Of a DNA stretch of 64,000 nucleotides, positions 45,656 to 59,600 are shown one piece after another. The position numbers were made by a program, and so were the translations under genes. Below the pieces are notes generated by a model. That model had not been told where the DNA came from. It saw nothing but the letters and a program-made list of their open reading frames with translations, and did no database searches. Origin of the DNA: Euglena gracilis (Eukaryota); assembly GCA_039621445.1 (NCBI GenBank), contig CP154954.1, positions 3,539,715 through 3,603,714 of the forward strand, written 5' to 3'. Every line of letters begins with the position of its first letter. The stretch's first letter is position 1.

Positions 45656-48600
45656 AGGGACCCACAAGGCCTTTTTGTACTCCCTCGAGGCAGACCAACA
45701 AGGGAGGAAGGGACACCGAGGACCAGACCAACAAGGGACGAAGGGACACCGAGGGCGAAGCACGAAGACCTTGTGAGGCCATGCCTTGCTCGCCGGCGGT
45801 GTTGTTCGAATTGTTTGCTGCGTTGTGTTAGGGGGTGCCCCTTAGTGCTGCTTCGCCAGAGATGGCTGACGATTCTGCTCCGAGTTGGCGACGTGGCTTC
45901 TTGCCCCTTGGGGGGAGTCCCCCCCCTCTGCCCCCCCTGGCCCCCATTTTCTGACCGAGTGCATTTGAAGACGTTTTTTTTCCGGGTGGGGGTGTCGGGC
46001 TAACAAGGTGTTCTTCGCCCTCGGTGTCCCTTCCACCTTTGTCTGTTGTCCTCAAGGGAGTACGAGACACCACGGGCTCCGCACTTTGCCCTTGTGAGGC
46101 CAGATTTTGCACTAAAAATAGGGGGGCCAGGGCATTTTCCAGGGCACCTTGAGCACCAAGTCTTTGATAGAGTGCTGTAAAAGCCTCCACCCCCCTCCAC
46201 AATTTCACAAACCTCTTGCGCACAAAGGCCCAAGTTTTTGAGTAAACCAAACCCTGCCCCTCTTGTGGAGTGGGCCCCCCACACCTGGGTGGTTACCACA
46301 TGCCTGGCCAAATATCCTATTGTTATAGAAGCAACGGTATCTGCCCCTACAGCCCTGAAGGGGGGTTTAACGAAATCAGAAGGGGCCCCCAGGTCTGACG
46401 ACTGAACGTGTGGCAGTCACATAAGACATCATTAAATGAAAGGCGCTTATTTGTGGACATGGGGGAACTGACACCACTCTCTCCCACGTGTGACACTTCT
46501 GGCCTTTACGCTTAATTTTGTGTAGGGTGCCCTACCCAACACACTGGTGGTTCGTTTAATCTGTGCCAAGTCTGAGGACCTGCATAAACAGAGGAAGCGT
46601 GAGAAAAAAAAGTTGTGTACGTAATGTACAAATATCAGTGGGCTTTGGGGCCTTGGCCAGCCCCAGGTGTATTGAGACCATTGGGTCTCAATGAGTGGAA
46701 ACTTCAAAATCCCTGTGACGGAAACTTTTCACCGAAATCCTTGTATTTTTCATAGTATTTGATACACAGCACCAATTCAAATGCTTGTGGCTTTCTGAGT
46801 CATTGTGTTCAGGCTGGTTGCGGTCTGTGTGAAATTGTGTGATTTCCCCCTTGAATTAGGAGGCTCCGCTCCTAATTTGTGGCTCTGAACCTGAAATTTG
46901 GTTTTTCTGGCTGCAGGGCACCGGGCCGCCCACACAGGAGGATTGGGACGGGATCCCAAAATGCCCCATGCTTCTCCACGTTTTGGTTCCAAAGACTCTT
47001 GTAAGGGGTTAACAGGGTGTGGAATCTTGGCCCACCAAAACCAGGAATCAGAAGCATAGCACTGTATGCGTTACGGCCTTGGGACTTATAGAATTGGAAT
47101 AATTGTACTAAAGCGTCAACCACCTGGTCTGTGGTTGCTTCAGGGAGGGGGCACGCCCATGTGTTCCAAAATTACCCACAGAAGTGCAAAAGCACTCTCA
47201 TAAAGTTTTAAACCGTGCTTTCTCCCCAGGAAATCGTGAATGGTTTGCACCTGAATTTGTTTCTCCTCCAAAATTTTCCTCAGCATGTCATGCAAAAAAT
47301 GCTGCCAATCTTGGGGGTGGCATTTGTTCCCCCATGCAATTGGTGAACCTACCCCTGTAGGGGGTGATTTTCAGGCAGGTGGTCCCTGGAACTATCATTT
47401 TTATTGATTAGGGCCACCATTTGGCTGACTCCCAGTAGGGGGTGACCATCAAAACTTTGGTCTGGGGAAACATTTCCAACCTGGGCAGAAATTTTGAACT
47501 ATTGAGCAGGGGGGTTTTCCATAAAGATCCCCCATGTTGTCCAGTGGACATTGTAGTGCACTTACTGCTGTGGCCTCCCAGTGGGGCCATCTGGCCACGA
47601 AATTGGGCAGTTTTTTTTGTTGCCTCTGGAGGCAAATAAATCTGTTTGCAAGTGATTGAAATTCTTGAAATGCTGTCTTAGCCAGTGAAAAATCTGGGGG
47701 TCCAGGGAGTAATCCCCCCTGTCCATTTCCCATCTGCTGATGGGGGGATTCTTTTGAAGGAACGCAGCTGACTGGTTTTGTGATGCACCATTGGAAGAAT
47801 GGTCTTAGCTTTTTGTTGAATGGGTCTTTTCTGCCCCCCATTTTTGTCATTTTGTCAGGTAATAGTAAATGACCTGGTTGTCCACTGACAAAGAAACTGT
47901 TGCCCCAGGTTTGCTCAAATTTTTCACGGTGCTGATTGCTACACTGAGCTCCTTTACATTCATGTGCAAAATGGAGTCTTTCCTCCACATTTCCTGCACA
48001 ATTTCTCCTGTGATGATGTCCAGCCCCCCCTCCCCCCAGGTATGGGTGCTGCTGTCTGAGTGTAACTTTCTGGTTGCGTTTTGGGGAAAGGTCCGCCCCC
48101 CAGGTGTCCAGTAAAATTATTATTTCTCTTAATTGGGACTTGATTTCCTGGGAAATGGGGTGTTTTTGAGTCCTAGGTGGCTGTGGACTTTGCAATCAAA
48201 AAATTGCCAGGGTGTCTTTAAAGCCATTAAAAAGGGCAGGGCCATTAGGTTGCATCTTATTTGACACAAAATGGCAGCCAACTGCCTTTTTGACATGTAA
48301 TCTTTTTTCACAACTTTTCCAAGCTCCTTTTTTATGGTTATGACATTCTGGAGGGTAGCTGTAACTTTCCTTCCTGGAAGTTTAGTTGAAAGCCCAGATG
48401 GGTTACCACTTGGGTGGGCTGCAGGGTGGACTTTTTCAGATTGATTTTGAACCCTCAATTCAGAAAATCTTTGACAACTGTGTTCAGGTTATTTTATAAA
48501 AAACTCGTGTGGGGGCCACCAGCAAAATGTCGTCCAGGTAAATAAAGACCTGGATGCGCCTTTTTCTCGACACCTTTTCGAATGTTGTCATTACTGACAT

Positions 48601-50555
48601 GAAAATTTGGGGCATTACATTTAGCCCAAAGCAGCCTGTTTGAAATTCCCAGATCTGTCCCCCTACCTGATGCCTTAAAAATGGCCTGAGGCCAGGACTT
48701 ACTGGAATATGATAACAGGCATCCTTTCGGTCTATTTTTGCTGCCCAGTGGCCTTTCCCAAAACTTGAAAAATGTTTTGCATATGATCCAGCTTGAAAGG
48801 TTTTACCTGAAACTGCTTGTTTATTTCTCTGCAGTCGCTGATGATTCTCCATTTGGTTGTTCCCCCTTCTGGTTTGAAATTAAAAACCATGGGATCAAAT
48901 GCTGGGTTTCTGAATCCCAAACTCGTTTCACTGACCCAGTTTTTTCGTAATCCAGCAGAATTTTTTCTGCCTGGTTCAGGTCCAAGTTGGATCTGGGTTT
49001 TGGGTGGGTGGACAATTTGGGGGGATTTACCCAGGGGGGTTGAATTCCATTCTTTTTTATCAATTGACATGTTGCGTGGGGTGCAGTTTTTGTCCATCAT
49101 TTTTTTTGAAGTCTCTGGTACAAGGGGTGTCCCCCCATTTTTCCTCCATGGAATGTATTTTCCCAACTAGATGATTTTCTGGGTGCTGGGTGGGGGGTGT
49201 TGGACATTTCACAGCCACTAGAGCCCCTAGGGCTTGAGCACTCTGAAAAAGAAAGTGTTCCTGGGGGTTTTGCATGCACCCTCTCCCTCTCTGCTCACAC
49301 TCTCTCTGGAGGATCTTGTTGTTGGTTTCCATACCATAGGACTTACTGCCCCTGCTTTGCCTATCTGGATTGATGTTAATGGGGTTTGGTAGCCGTACCA
49401 TAGGGGGCCTCTGTGGGTCCCCCCTTGTTGATTGAATTGTAATAAATGCTGGTGGGGAGCCTCCCCCTTCCTGTTCCTCCTTGCTGGCAGTTGGGGGGGC
49501 CATATTTCTTCTGGTGCTGGACAGGGGGCTGCCAATTTAAATTTTAAGCCCTTGCAGGGCTGTCCCTTAGCTTCTGGTGGGCCTGTGAGGGACCTCTCCT
49601 GTGGTGTTGTTGTGATTGTTGATCTTCTTGTTGATATTTCTGGCCCCAATGTCCTTGATGATAAATTGAAAGGCCCCAATGGCCTGATTTGTTTCTGGGT
49701 CGCCATGCCCATTTGAAATCTTGAGGGGTTCTTGGGTCCCCCACCCAGACCCCTGAGTGGTGGTGTGATTGAGAAGTGGTGGGGATGTTGTGTAAGACCT
49801 TGTCTGCCCCTGCCATGTGCTGTGGGGTCTTGCTGCTGGTTTCCACCTTGGCCTTTGTTCCAGCGACATTTGTAAATACACACGCGTTCATGGCCGTTTT
49901 GTGCCGCCATGGCCTTTGTTGCCTTCACAGCCTGTGCGGTTCTGGCTACCATAGCCACGCTTTGATGTGCATTGTGTTGTGGAATGTTGGCCCCCATGCC
50001 CCTGGTTGCAATGGCCGTAGTGGCCTGCTGACTGTTGCTTCTGCCCCTTGCGGGGTCTTCTGCCAACTGTCTGCCAGGGTCTGTTGCCATCACTTTGGCG
50101 GGGGGGGGTTGTGGAAATTCTTTTGGGGAAATTTCTTTTGTGGAAGGGGCAGCCACGGTTGGCCACAGTCGATCCGCGCCGTCAGGTTGTCCGGTTGTCC
50201 GGTTGTCAGGTTGTCTGCTGCTCCCTCTTGAAATTCTCCAGCGCTGTTCGTCTTGGAAATTGCATTTTTTATTGAAATCTTTCAGATGCTTCAACAATTT
50301 CTGCGTTGAGGTTCTGCACCAGCGTCTTTTCCAGGATAATTTGAATAGTTTGATTGACTTCTTCTTCCTCCAATTGATAAGGTATTAGGCGTTCCTTTCT
50401 TCTGGGTGTCGAAGGGAAAACTAATAATCATCCAACTCCGGCGAAAAAGGGCACTAGGCGGGACCTCCTAACCCAACGCAGCAAAACAATCCAAACAACA
50501 CCGCCGGTGAGCAAGGCACGGCCTCACAAGGGCAAAGTGCGGAGCCCGAGGTGTC
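45656..50555 (-). mobile_element. DIRS1-like tyrosine-recombinase retrotransposon, copy A (near full length, degenerate)
   Basis: gag-like region; RT (WRIISDCREIN, KID.KDA.YHIPV, FGLNVMPQIF, YLDDILL); RNase H; methyltransferase-like region; tyrosine recombinase (R.SDL, HSTRGAG, YQRLG); ITRs and internal complementary region (ICR). Many frameshifts. Confidence 0.92.
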
Positions 50556-51500
50556 GTGCTTCGCCGTCGGTGTCTCGTAATCCTTCGAGGAAAACCGACA
50601 AGGGAGGAAGGGACACCGAGGGCGAAGCACAAAGACCTTGTGAGACCATGCCTTGCTCGCCGGCGGTGTTGTTTGGATTGTTCTGGTGCGCTTGGTTAGG
50701 AGGTCCCGCTTAGTGCTGCCTCGCTGGAGTTGGCTGACGATGCTGCTCCGACAGGGCGACGTGGCTTCTTGACCCTGGGGGGTGTCCCCCCCTTCTCCCC
50801 CCCGGCCCCCACTCTCTGACCGAGGGCTTTTGAACACAAATTTTCTTTTACGGGTGGGGGGGGGGTCGGACTCACAAGGTCTTTGTGCTTCGCCCTCGGT
50901 GTCCCATCCACCTTTGTCTGTTGCCCTCGAGGGAGTACGAGACACCTCGGGCTCCGCACTTTGCCCTTGGGAGGCCAGTTTGTGCACTGAAATTCGGTGG
51001 GCCAGGGCATTTTCCAGGGCACCTTGGGCACCAAGTCGTTGGTAGTTGGCTGTAAAAGCCTCCACCCCCCTCAACTGACCAATTTCACAAACTTGCTTGG
51101 GCAGAAAGGCCCAAGTTTTTGAGTAAACCAACCCTGCTCCCCTCGTTTTGTGGGCCCCCCACCTGGGGGGTTACCCTATGTTTGGCCAAAAAGTCTTTTG
51201 TGATGGAAGCAACGGTGTCTGCACTTATGACACTGAAAGGGGGGTTTTAATGAGACCAAAAGGGGGCCCTCAGGTCTGACGACTGAACATGTAGCAGCCA
51301 CATAGCACATCATCAAGTGAAATGGGCTTATTTGGGGACACTGGGGAATGGACACAACCCTTTCCAACTTATGGAATTTCTGTCCTTTACGCTTAATCTT
51401 GATGTAGGGTGCCCTACCCAATACACGGGTGGTTTGTTTGACTTGCGATAAGTCTGAGGATCGGTATAAACAGAGGATTCGTGAGAAACAAATTAGTTGT

Positions 51501-54500
51501 TGTTGGGGGGCTTGGACGACCCTCGCCGCCCGGGGGGGCCGCTGCTTTCGCTGGGGCCACAAATTCCTTTTCCTGGCCCTGGTGGGCTCAGGCCAGGGCC
51601 TTTGGTAAGTTGGGCCCCGTTTTAAACAAGTCAACAGGCGGTAATGGGGGTGAGGTGTGCCCCCCCGAGCCAGGTCCCCCTGTCTCCCCGCGTAGGATCG
51701 TTTTTAGCCTCCACTGTTTTGCCTTTTCAAACATTTGGATCAAAAGGTGAGCAAAGACAAAACCAACCCACCTACTTGGAAGCACACAGCAGAGCACAAC
51801 AAACCTGCTGGCGAGGGTAGGTGAGTACCTTTGAGTTCAGGTGTTGAGTGAGAAAAACAATATGGAAATGAATGTCTTGGCTTCTTTGGAATTGTCCTTT
51901 TTGATCCTTCAATTCTGAATTGAATTTTCTGCTTTTCTGATTCTCAAATCGAATTCTCGAATTCTTGCTGGAATTTGCTGGGGTTCCAATTCCTCGCGCG
52001 TGGCGGTTGACTTGCTCTGGTGGTTCCTACTGGGGGTTTTTGTCAATTTTCCGGGAAATTTTTGGCTGCCGCCGCCAGCGGCAGCCGACACCCCCTCCCT
52101 TGCGACGTTAGTCGGACCCGTTTTTCTGCCTCCTCCCCGAACAAAACGAGGAGTGAGAATTTGTTTCATTTTCTTTTTTCTTCTTTTTTTGTTTTTGTGG
52201 GGGGCGAAAATTCTGTGTTTTTTTGTAACGGGTCCTGTCGCGTTTTTTTTTGTGTGTGTTACGAGTCCACCCCCCCCCAGCCATAATATCGGGCACCTTG
52301 GGGGACTCTGAAAAAATCAGGTCTTCGGGGGAAGCCCCCCCACCCCTTTCCTCCGACAAGCATGGAGAAGGGGTCTTTGAACACAAAATCTGAAAAACGA
52401 TTCCAAACGAAACAAAATCTGGGCACTCCCCCCCAAGGCCTAAGTTTCCACGCTACCCCCTCGTTGAAAATCTTTTTTTTGGCAGCTTTCATTCAGTGAG
52501 ACTTCGACTTCGATTTTTTTTAAAAAATCAGGGACTTTGGCCAACAGTGCCTGAGAAACCGACTTGTGTGGGGAAAGAAAAAGAGAAACCCAGGCATTCC
52601 TTTCCAATTCGGGACAGAAAGGGTAAGGAAAAGGCAAACGGTGAGCAACAGTGCAAAGGTGAGAGGGTAAGCAGTTATATGGAATAGTGTACAAATGGGT
52701 GTGTGGGTTCGTGTGCGTGTGCGGTTGTGTGTTTTGTGTGTATGCACGCTCACTTCCTTGTCATGCACTCCAACCGAAAATGACTGGGCCGTTTTTTTTT
52801 TGAACGCAAAGAGAACAGCGCTTCGCAATGGCCCTCAGCCACCATATCACAGGGCTTTAGTGCCCACGTGGCTGGGTTTTTTTATTATATTGCCCCACAC
52901 CAGGGCCTTTGGACGGAGGAGGGGTCATCTCCGGTCCAGGGTCCCCCCCCAGGATGCCTCCATGCTGTGTTCCATGAAAATATGCCTTTGACGAATAATC
53001 AGAATCCAAACCAAATCAAAAAAACTGAGTTCTAAAACTCCAACTCGTTCTGCCGCCCACCAGAAAAATTATCAAAATCCCAGGTTTTTTCCAACTGTTT
53101 GTGTAAAAGTCCTCCAGCAACAAAAATCCCCAAAAAAATCTGAGTCCAACCCACAAATCCAGGGCCTGCAAAAGCCCTCAACTAAATCCAATCGAGAATT
53201 CCAACTGCCACATACAACAAACAAAGTCCAACCGAGATCAACCAACCCAACAGAAGCAACATCCAGCAGCACACCATTGCACAGGGGCCAGGCCATTCCA
53301 GCCCAACCCTGGGCACAACCAATTCACAGCCGAAACCAACCAATTCGGCTTGCCAATTAAAATCCACTGCCCCCCCCCCCCAATCACACAGGGCAATGGG
53401 GGTCAAATGGTCAAATGACATGGTAAACTCAAAAATACTGAAAATTCAAATCCAATTTTCTCAGCCAAAGCGATTTTTTGCTGCCCCCCCCCCCAGGCAC
53501 ATGGGGCCATGGGGGTCAATCTGGCTTCTGCCTCCAAACAAAAAAATCACAAACCTGGGCCGTAATATCCAAAACGGCTGAAATATCTCACATGTCAAAG
53601 GACGGGCCTTCACAATGTCGCCCCCACCCCCACCGTCAACCAGTGTGGGGAGGGCCACGGGTTAAAAATTCCTGTCTGCAAAACTGAAATCCCCATTTGA
53701 CGAAAAAAATGGGGAAAATGGATCTTTCATCAAACCCCGCCAATTCTGGGGTATGACCAAAGCAATCACGGTCACCATTTGATGCAATCCTGTCCCCACC
53801 CAAACGTCTCACAGGGGTATCCAATTCTGAGTCAAAAAATTCCAACCGTAGAGCCAAAACTGATTTTGATCCACACCAACAAAAAACATGGCTCACCACA
53901 GCCCCCCCCACCAGCTGCACGAGGAGGGAGAAAAAATGGCTCCAAACCACAAGCAAAAACCTGAGACCCAAAAACATGAAAAATCTGAATCAGCGCTGTG
54001 GGAGCAGCCAACCTGGGCCTGGGCTTGGCCGTGCATCGGGCCACTGCCCACTGCAGGCTCTTGAGGTCATTAAGCTTCTCTCCCCAGCACTTCAGTAAAA
54101 TAAATGAATCCACCATTCAGTGGTTCCATAAACAGTCCACAGTTGTAATCATGACAATTATAATCATGTGATTCAATTTCTTGGGTCCCATTGATGTCAT
54201 TGAAATCTGTTCTCATCTCATCATCACATTGAAATAACTCATTCTTTGAAGTCGATTCTTTGCAAACTGTTGAAATTGTTGAATTCAATGTCAAAATCAA
54301 TCAAAGTCCAATCAAATCAATCAAAGTCCTTGATAATTGACTGTTTTGCTCCTTCCGTTGATTCTCCTTGCTCGGTGATCGATTGCTTGAACCTGCACGA
54401 CAAGGCAACACACACGCACAAATTCACCACTGGCAACACACAAGGCAGATTTCTTAATTTTCTCACTGAACCGAACCTGAAAATGCCACTGAACTCTGAA

Positions 54501-57119
54501 CCATAACGGCACTTAAAAATCTGATCATGATCCATCAAATGGGTCACACGAAAACTGCTCAAACAAGCCTCAAACTGCAAAAATTACCTTTGGGAGTTTT
54601 GCATTGTGAGGCGTCCCCCACTTCTGAGTTTTTCTCCCTCCAGCAAACTCCACAGCCGAAAAAAATGCCGCAGAAAGTGCCACCCACAGAACAACAGATT
54701 TTCCACAAACTGAACCAAATGATGATGATGCCACTGATGGGCCCAAAAATGAGTTTTCCTCAGGGGTGTCTTTTCCTCCTGGGTTAATCCACCTTGGTTC
54801 CCACTTGGACTGAAAATTGAAAACTGTTTCCTGAGCCCTTAGATGGGTGGCCACAGGGGTGTTTATTCCTTGCCTGGGTCTAGCCCCACCCTTGGAACCC
54901 CTCTTTGCGCACTTTCCCAAAAACTTTTTGGTTCGAGTGGTCCATCAGAGGTCTCCCCCCGACACCAGGCTTTGGCAAAAACCCAGATAAAACCTGCCAC
55001 AGGACTGCTGGGCTGCCACACTCGAAAACCACAATGAAACTGGACTGGAAAATCCCGAAAACTGTGCCGATTCTCCAACATGTGTCCCTGTCCGGGGGTG
55101 AAGTTTCTCACTGGAAAAACTGTCCCGTGACAAAAGGGACCAGAAAAAAAACAAATCAAAAATCCAACCTGAAATGACTTATTTGTCCCCGTCTGGGATG
55201 ATGACACATGTCAATGCCGTGCCCCACCCCAAATGACATTTGGGACAACCGAAAAATGAAAACTCTGAAACTGAAAATGAAAGATCATTGATCTGGCTGC
55301 CTTAACACTAGGAGAAATTTCCCCAGCATCGTGGCTGGGCGTCTCCATTTAAGTGGAAAGCAACTGGGGAAAAACATGCACCCCAGAAACCAGATTCAAA
55401 AAATGTTTGACTTGGCTGTTTTTCATAAGCCAAACTCTGCAAACTGAAAATCCAGAATTTGTCCCCGACCTGATTGCACGTCTGCCTCCAACGCTAGCGC
55501 ACCGTGAAAAACGTATCACAAAACAAACACAAAACAACCCACAGAAACACACTCGACACTGCAAAGTGCTGTGCTGTGCAAGTCAGTGGTCAGACCTGTG
55601 CTAAAAAAATCACCACCACCACGAAACCACCCCCAGCTGTTCCATGGACTTAAATGCCAGTCCCAACCCCACCAATCTTGAAACCAATTTGGCCTCAAAA
55701 ATTGAAAGTCGTTCCAACTGTTTTTGACAGGCCTCCAGATTTTTTTCGTCTGTCTGAATTTTCTTGGCTGTGCAGCAAAATCTGAGGAAGATTTCTCAGA
55801 AGACACTGTTGACGGCTGCAAATTGGTGACATGTCCAGAAGTCAGGTTCTGGACATGTCACCAGCAGGCACAAAAATGTTCTGGACTTGGCAATTTTTCA
55901 CTGGGTTGCAGCTTTTCAGCGATTTGCAGTTCCAACATTTTAATTTGTTCCCCCAATCGTCCTATTTCTTCTGTTGCCACACTTAATAAACATTGCACGT
56001 CAACCAGCTGTTTTGTCAGAGCCTCGTCTCTCTCAGACAGGAAATAATTCTCAAAACGGACTTCAAGGTCATAACAACAACCTCGGACAGTTTTGTCCAT
56101 TCGTTCCATTCGTCGTTCAATTCTCCGACGCCACTCAGCCAGATCAAGTCCCTCAAGATAACTGGGCTCACGCTGGTTGGATCCTTCCTCAAAATTTTCA
56201 CTGTCAAAATCCTCAAAAACAGGAGGACGGTCTTTTATTTCAGTTTCACCTTTCAGAGATGAAGAACCACCACCTTCAGCATCTGAATAGATTCTGCTGG
56301 CAGAGCCAACAGATTCAACCCCTCTGCTTTCCACATTGCGGGGTTCAGAAACAGAAATTTGCTGAGAAGATGATTGCACTGAAAAATTTACTGGCCACAT
56401 GCCAGCAGCTTTCATTCGACGCTCAACCATTTCTTGAATTATTTCTTCCTCCGTTTGGGTTTCTGATTTGTCACAGACCAAATCCAGAAATCCTTCACTA
56501 ACAGAGTTAGTGAAGCCACCTCTGCTACCATGTTGGGGGGCTTGGAGGACCCTCGCCGCCCGGGGGGGCCGCTGCTTTCGCTGGGGCCACAAATTCCTTT
56601 TTCTGGCCCTGGTGGGCTCAGGCCAGGGCCTTTTATAAGTTGGGCCCCGTTTTCAAACAAATCAACAGGTGGTAATGGGGGTGAGGTGTGCCCCCCCGAC
56701 CCAGGTCCCCCTGTCTCCCCGCGTAGGATCGTTTTTAGCCTCCATTGTTTTGCCTTTTCAAACATTTGGATCAAAAGGTGAGCAAAGACAAACCAACCCT
56801 CCTACTTGGAAGCACACAGCAGAGCACAACAAACCTGCTGGCGAGGGTAGGTGAGTACCTTGAGTTCAGGTGTTGAGTGATAAAAACAATATGGAAATGA
56901 ATGCCTTGGCTTCTTTGGAATTTTCTTTTTTGATCCTTCAATTCTGAATTCAATTTTCTGCTTTTCTGATTCTCAAATCGAATTCTCGAATTCTTGCTGG
57001 AATTTGCTGGGGTTCCAATTCCACTCGCGTGGCGGTTGACTTGCTCTGGTGGTTCCTACTGGGGGTTTTTGGCAATATTCCGGGAAATTTTTGGCTGCCG
57101 CCGCCAGCGGCAGCCGACA
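51501..57119 (-). mobile_element. Degenerate LTR retrotransposon nested in the DIRS recombinase region
   Basis: ~590-bp direct repeats 51501-52090 and 56531-57119 with TG..CA ends; 4-bp TSD TTGT; primer-binding site (PBS) TGGTAGCAGAGG (56519-56530, tRNA-iMet); polypurine tract (PPT) AAGGGAGGGGG (52091-52101); gag-like coiled-coil ORF ~55858-56500; weak integrase-like GSEFSG ~54490. Confidence 0.9.
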
Positions 57120-59600
57120 TTGTGTACACAATGTACAAATATCAGTGGGCATGAACGCCTTTGCCAGCCCCAGGAGGATTGGGACGGGATTCCAAAATGC
57201 CCCATACTTCTCCACGTTTTGGTTCCAAAGCCTCTTGTAGGGGGTTAACAGAGTGTGGAATCTCAGCCCACCAAACCCAGGAATCAAAAGCGTAGCACTG
57301 TAGGCATTACGGGCTTGGGCCTTAGAAAATTGTAATAATTGTATTAAAGCGTCAGCCGCTTGGTCTGTGGTGGGGAATTTGTTAGGATTTTCTTGACCAA
57401 GACGTTTTTGGGATGAAGTTTGGGCCATTTTTGACGAAATTCCGTTTTGGGTGCGGAAATGAAACAGTTTTTGGCACTTCTTTCAGGGGAAAAGATTTTT
57501 GGCCATTTTTGGGTATGAAGGTGCATTGGGCAGACAAGGATACATGAAAGTTCATTCTTTTTAAAAAAAAAATGCTTTTGAAAAAAAGAATGGCGGAGGA
57601 TGGATTCTCGGGTCACGTCACGGGGATGTAACGGGGGGGGGTCACGGGGGTGGCACCCCCTGAGAAAAAAAATTCTTTTTTTAAAAAAGACTTCAGGGGG
57701 GGGCACGCCCATGTGTTCCAAAATTACCCACAGAAGTGCACAAGCACTCTGATAACGTTTTAAGCTGGGGTTTATCCCCAGAAAATCGTTAATGGTCTCA
57801 ACCTGAATTTGTTTCCCCTCCAAAATTTTCCGGAGGGAATCATCCAAACCAGGGTCCATCTGGGCGGTGGCATTTGCTCCCCCCTGCATTTGGTGAACAT
57901 GCCCCTGTAGGGGTTGATTTTCAGGCGGGGGGTCCCTGGAACTTTCATTTTTATTGATTGTGCCCACCAGGTTGCTGGATCCCAGTAGGAGGTGACCATC
58001 AAAACTTTGGTTTGGGGAACATTTTTCAACCTGGGTAGAAATTGTTGCACTATTGACCAGGGGGGGTTTGGCAGTTTTCGGGAGGCAAATAAATCTGTTT
58101 CCAGACTTTTGCAAAATTTGAACCGTTGTTTGAGCCAGTGAAAAAGTTGGGGTTCTGAATAATAATCCCCCCTATCCATTTCCCATCTGCTGGTGGGGTC
58201 TGCTAGGCATTCTTTGAAGGTACCCAGTTGACTTGGAGGTTTAGTTGGTGCTCAATGCGCCACTTGAAAAATGGTCTCAGCATTTTGTTGAAGGGGTCCT
58301 TTCTGCCCCCACCTTTTGTTAGGTAAAAGTAAATTACTTGGTTGTCCACTGACAAGGAAACAGGTTCCCCAGGTTTGCTCAAACTTTTCACAGTGCTGAT
58401 TGCTGCACTGAGCTCCTTTACATTCATGTGCAAAATGCAGTTTTTTCTCCAAAATTCCTGCACAATTTCTGCTGTGTGGATGTCTGCCCCCCCCCCAGGC
58501 ATGGGTGCTGCTGTCTGAGTGCAACACTTTGCTTGCATTTTGGGGGAAGGGTCTGCCCCCAGGTGTCCAGCAGAATTTTTATTTCCCTTAATTGGGCTTT
58601 GATTTCCTGAGAAATGGGGTGTTTTGAGTCCCAGGGGGATGTGGCCTTTGCCACCAAAAAAATTGCCAGGGTGTCCGTAAAAGCCCTTAAAAACGGCAGG
58701 GCCATTAGGTTGCACCTTATTTGGCTCAAAATGGCGGCCAACTGCCTTTTTGACATGTAATCTTTTTTTCACAATTCTTCCCAGCTCCTTTTTTATGGTT
58801 TTGACTTTCTGGGGGGGACCTGTAGTTTTCCTTCCTGGAAGTTCAGTTGAAAAACCAGACGGGTTACCACTTGGGTGGGCTGCAGGGTAGACTGTTTCAC
58901 ATTTATTTTGAACCCAGAATCCAGCAAATCTTTGACAACTGTTTTCAGGTGACTTTGTTTACTGTTTTGGGTGGGGGCCACCAGCAAAATGTCGTCCAGG
59001 TAAATAAACACCTGGATGCCCCTTTTTCTCTCCACCTTTTCGAATGATTTCATCACTGACATTAAAATTTGGGGCATTACATTTAGCCCAAATCAGCCTC
59101 TTTGAAATTCCCAGGACTGCCCCCCTACCTGATGCCTTAAAAATGACCTGAGGCCTGGACTTACTGGAATATGAAAACAGGCATCCTTTCGGTCAATTTT
59201 TGCTGCCCAGTGGCCTTTTTCCAAATATCATCCAGCTTGAAAGGTTTTACTTGAAACTGATTTTTTTTTCTCTGCAGTCGCTGATGATTCTCCATTTGGT
59301 TGTTCCCCCTTCTGGTTTTGAAATTAAAAACCATGGGATCAAATACTGGGTTTCTGAATCCCAAACTCGTTTCACTGACCCAGTTTTTTCGTAATCCAGT
59401 AGAATTTTTTCTGCCTGGTTCAGGTCCAAGTTGGATCTGGGTTTTGGGTGGGTGGACAATTTTGGGGGACTCACCCAGGGTGGCTGAATTCCATTTTTTT
59501 ATTATCAATTGACATGTTTCTTGGGGGGCATTTTTTGTCCACCATTTTAGTCTTTTTTTGAAGTCTCTGGTACAAGGGGTGTCTCCCCATTTTCCTCCAT

